From positions 3,120,001-3,152,000 of the forward strand of contig NC_002677.1 of the NCBI RefSeq assembly GCF_000195855.1: 32,000 bases of DNA, read 5' to 3'. The DNA is from Mycobacterium leprae TN. GTDB lineage: Bacteria; Actinomycetota; Actinomycetes; Mycobacteriales; Mycobacteriaceae. The notes below the pieces were generated by a model. It was given only the letters and a program-made list of their open reading frames with translations. It was not told the origin of the DNA and searched no databases. Numbering within the stretch: the first letter of the stretch is position 1; each line of letters opens with the position of its first letter. Both the position numbers and the translations under genes were made by a program. Of this stretch, positions 29,133 to 32,000 are shown piece by piece.

Positions 29133-29480
29133 TCACAAATGTTCATGCGGCACATCGCTCACCAGTCCACCATCAATTACGAACTCGCTATTAGGCCCGT
29201 AGGACGACTCGTTGACGGCCAAGAACACGACAAAAGTCGACACTTCTCCCAGATTGGCTAGGAGGTCGAGTGGGTATAGTGACCATGTTTTCCGGCAGGT
29301 TGGAAGTCATCGGGGTGCGGATGAAGCCGGGGTGAATCGAGTTCACTCCGATGTTCAACGGCGCCAACTCCAAGATCGACGCAGCCAAACTCAACGAAGC
29401 TTATGTGAAACGCGGTACGGCCTGGCAAACCACTTTACTTTACTCTGCTCTTAATATCTAATACTCACGGTAACGTGTTG
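29133..29480 (-). pseudogene. Short-chain dehydrogenase/reductase (FabG3-like) C-terminal half, frameshifted
   Basis: LELAPLNIGVNSIHPGFIRTPMT (track ORF 29191..29394) and GEVSTFVVFLAVNESSYGPNSEFVIDGGLVSDVPHEHL* (stop at 29135-29133) lie in different frames. The catalytic Y..sK region reads YRVSHKLR* in a third frame. Confidence 0.65.
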
Positions 29481-29528
29481 GTCACTTTTGACTGGGAAAG
29501 GGCCCAGTGATCAGTAAGGACGACGGAT

Positions 29529-29840
29529 ATGACATATGTAATAACCGTCCCGGAGATATTGATGTCTTCCGCAGCCTAAATATAAAAGATCGGGCTCGAC
29601 AATCAGCGCGGCCCTACGTGAACACGACTAGCACTACAACCGAATTACTGCCGAAGGCAGAAGATGATTTTTCAGCAGATTCGAGACTCTAAATTTATTT
29701 TATGCGGCTAAAATGCAAGAGTATCGCCACGCAAGCGCCGGCTTTTCATAGTCAATTTACCAGATTCTGGCCGCAGAAGGAAACGCCTATACAATTGCCG
29801 AGGCCGACAACGCGGCCGCGTTGGGGAATGTACCGAGTAG
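29529..29840 (+). pseudogene. PE-family protein, PE domain broken into three frames
   Basis: The pieces MTYVITVPEILMSSAA*, then TTELLPKAEDDFSADSRL*, then AAKMQEYRHASAGFS*SIYQILAAEGNAYTIAEADNAAALGN track the PE consensus (MSFV.a.PEaLaaAA ... PTT.vlpAAaDEVSa.ia.lF ... ha..Yq..saqaa.fh..Fv..L....gsYa.aEAaNAa). Confidence 0.6.
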
Positions 29841-30539
29841 GTACTTACCTCGATGCTGGAGTTCGCATTTGCCAAGCCGTTATCGGCGTTAATTACGGGC
29901 AGTGGCGACACTCCGTAACCTGACCCGATTGACCAGACTGTCGTCAACAGCTCCTACATCCAACGTTTCTTCCCAAGGAGCCAACTTCTTAGGCTGCCAG
30001 GATACCCAAAGAATAATTTTGGCCAGTTACCGCACGCACTGGGCAACCTGACATTCACCCAGTACGACGATTGCCATGGCATAACTCTGCTGAGCAAAGC
30101 GATTAATGATTCGGTGTGTAGTTGTCGACGTCTCCGAACCATACTGGCAACAACCCAGTTACTACATGCTGATGACTCAGCACTCAGAACCTGCCGAGGC
30201 TGGCTAGACAATAACCAGCAAGGCTGTTCCCAGTTCCCAATCCAGTCGCTGGCACCTACTAACTGGCCTTTGGAGAGTTTGCAAAACACCCCATGGCACA
30301 GTAGTGGAAATAGGGGTGAAATACTAGGTTCTGGGGACCTAAGTGGTCCCCAGACATTTATCCGTGGGCTACGTCGATCAACCCAGGACTGAATTTCTAC
30401 TCCGGTCATCCGCAAATGACGGCGCTATCGGTGCTGCGCGGTAGCCCGGGGAAGCGGTTCCTGTATCTCAATCCGCCGAGGTTGAATTGATTCGGCCTTA
30501 CGGCCCCAGCGGAGACTGCTGTGCGTACCGACTCGTCGC

Positions 30540-31170
30540 GAATCAGTCCGCACAGCAGCGCGGTGCTGAATTCTGAGGCGATTTCCTTGGCCGTGCAACG
30601 TCCACTCGGCCGTAACCAGCGATAGCTGCCCAACGTAGCCCTGATGTAACCTAATGCCACATGTACAAGTCGCACTCGATAAAATTAAAATTCCGGCGTT
30701 AGGCAATGCCACGGTCGATCAGGCCATGCATGTGCATGCACGCCTGCACTTCCTTTTCACAGACCTCGGCGACTCGTTCGATAGTGAACCATTCGGGAAT
30801 GTACGGCCGCTCCTGGAAATACACGGCGCACGCTCCGAATCGCCCGCGATCCCCGTAAGAAGTCGAGCAGTGTATTGCGTAGAGCAGCAGCGAAGTGCCG
30901 AGGCGGACGGACCTGCGTGCAGGGATGACCAGCGTGTCTTCGTCCGACTGAACAGTATATGTCGAACAGAATCAGCGACTTGCTAGCGTAGTAATGGGAC
31001 ACCGTCCCCTTAATTCAGTCAGCAGCCTTAGCGATATCGTCCATGCAGGTGGCATGGTAGCCACAAGCCGCAAATGGCTTTGGTGGCGGCAGCCAGCAAA
31101 TCCTCACGGCGGCTCAGCCCAGTGGCCTAGGATATCTGATGCCACCTGTATTCACTATCGTCCCTGCGGG
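30540..31170 (-). pseudogene. TetR-family regulator (Rv0158-like by position next to pntB), inactivated
   Basis: The reverse strand reads RREDLLAAATKAIC, then a frameshift, then GYHATCMDDIAKAAD*IKGTVSHYYASKSLILFDIY. This is the canonical TetR HTH (GY.atsm.dIAkaAGvskGtvYhYf.SK..L) with an in-frame TGA inside the recognition helix. There is also a stop 6 codons upstream of RRED. The lower boundary is approximate. Confidence 0.65.
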
Positions 31171-31463
31171 CAGGCCGGACTTAGCCCGGCTAGAGCAAGC
31201 ATCGATCAACGGGCTGGATAGTTGAGGCAAGCGGCTACTACCTGTCGCACCTACGCGAAGAGGACTAGACTCTTAAGGCGAACTAGTCGCGAAACGAGAG
31301 GTGGTCTGATGGATCCGAGTCCTGATTACGATATGAGCGACGAGATCGAATACTTTTTCAGGTACCTAACATGGAGCTTCCGCGGGGTTACCGATGGCAA
31401 CGGATATCTTCCTCCCGTCTAGGGCGCCGCAGCACTTCAACTCGGCTTAGTTTCGACCTAAGG

Positions 31464-32000
31464 CTATAGCACCTTCAGTTCCTCAGTGACCTCAGTCACC
31501 GACTGTTTGGCATCACCGAACAACATGGTGGTACCGTCGGCGTAGAATAGCCGGTTGTCAATGCCCGCAAATCCGGAGTTCATCGACCTCTTAAGCACTA
31601 TAACCGACTTCGCTTTATCAACATTCAGGATCGGCATCCCATAGATCGGGCTGGCTGTCTCGTTACGGGCCGCCGGGTTGGTGACGTCGTTGGCGCCGAT
31701 GACAATCACAACATCGGTACGAGCGAACTCATCGTTGATGTCGTCCATGTCCTTCATGGCGTCGTAGTCGACCTCTGCTTCAGCCAGCAACACATTCATG
31801 TGTCCGGGCATCCGGCCAGCAACCGGGTGAATCGCGTAACTCACCGGCACACCTTTGTTCTCCAGCAAGGACGCCATGTCTTTGACAACGTGCTGGGCCT
31901 GCGCGACCGCCAGCCCGTAGCCCGGCACCACGATCACCTGGTTGGCGTAAGCCATCTGGATCGCCGCATCGGCTGCCGAGGTGGATTTGACTTGCTTGTC
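31464..32000 (-). CDS. pntB: NAD(P) transhydrogenase beta subunit, C-terminal NADP(H)-binding domain; the gene continues past the right edge
   Basis: The track ORF starts at an internal Met (31955), but the frame stays open to nt 32000 (DKQVKSTSAADAAIQMAYANQVIVVPGYGLAVAQAQH...). Hallmark motifs are IHPVAGRMPGHMNVLLAEA, VIGANDVTNPAA and GMPILNVDKAKSVIVLKRSMNSGFAGIDN. Confidence 0.92.
   Translation of the reverse strand, partial: DKQVKSTSAADAAIQMAYANQVIVVPGYGLAVAQAQHVVKDMASLLENKGVPVSYAIHPVAGRMPGHMNVLLAEAEVDYDAMKDMDDINDEFARTDVVIVIGANDVTNPAARNETASPIYGMPILNVDKAKSVIVLKRSMNSGFAGIDNRLFYADGTTMLFGDAKQSVTEVTEELKVL

Noticed and set aside
29954-30712. ORFs 29954..30415(-) of 153 aa, 30406..30675(-) and 30425..30712(-)
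   Set aside because: They have no recognisable domains and lie between the PE and TetR stumps. They are more likely frames through decayed PE C-terminal or TetR C-terminal sequence than live genes.
1-32000. Mobile elements, CRISPR arrays, prophage or defence systems, and named M. leprae dispersed repeats (RLEP and others)
   Set aside because: There is no transposase- or integrase-like ORF, no terminal inverted repeats and no repeat-spacer periodicity. I looked for remembered RLEP primer and probe sequences and did not see them. I cannot exclude other repeat families without a genome-wide search.

Overview
This moderately GC-rich mycobacterial window looks like a reductively evolved genome of the Mycobacterium leprae / M. 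lepromatosis type. That identification rests on my recollection of M. tuberculosis H37Rv protein sequences and gene order, not on any search. Intact genes follow the H37Rv Rv0198c-Rv0216 order: zmp1 (cut by the left edge), omamA, omamB, an Rv0201c-like HTH gene, mmpL11, an Rv0204c-like membrane protein, mmpL3, an Rv0207c-like gene, trmB, pckA and an Rv0216-like double-hotdog hydratase. After about 3.3 kb of gene debris comes a block in inverted orientation: a TB18.5/Rv0164-like SRPBCC protein, an Rv0161-like FAD-linked oxidase, and pntB (cut by the right edge). Between these genes I can read at least 13 pseudogenes directly from frameshifts and in-frame stops. They are Rv0203-like, an AI-2E/Rv0205-like permease, a MerR-type regulator, two FadD-type ligases, a crotonase, a FadE-type dehydrogenase, an amidohydrolase fragment, an SDR, a PE-family gene and a TetR-family gene. 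By my coordinates only about half of the window (roughly 16.4 kb of 32 kb) is intact CDS. I saw no rRNA, tRNA, CRISPR array, transposase, prophage or defence-island signature. I found no convincing evidence for a new multi-gene system. The observations most worth follow-up are: (1) a phased 20-bp repeat array at the trmB/Rv0207c-like junction upstream of mmpL3; (2) decay of the Rv0203-type haem-binding gene beside intact mmpL11 and mmpL3; (3) a GTGA-coupled mmpL11-HTH pair; (4) a synteny breakpoint; (5) an intact hydratase surviving in an otherwise erased beta-oxidation neighbourhood. The supplied ORF track misses two real edge-truncated genes, zmp1 and the upstream part of pntB.
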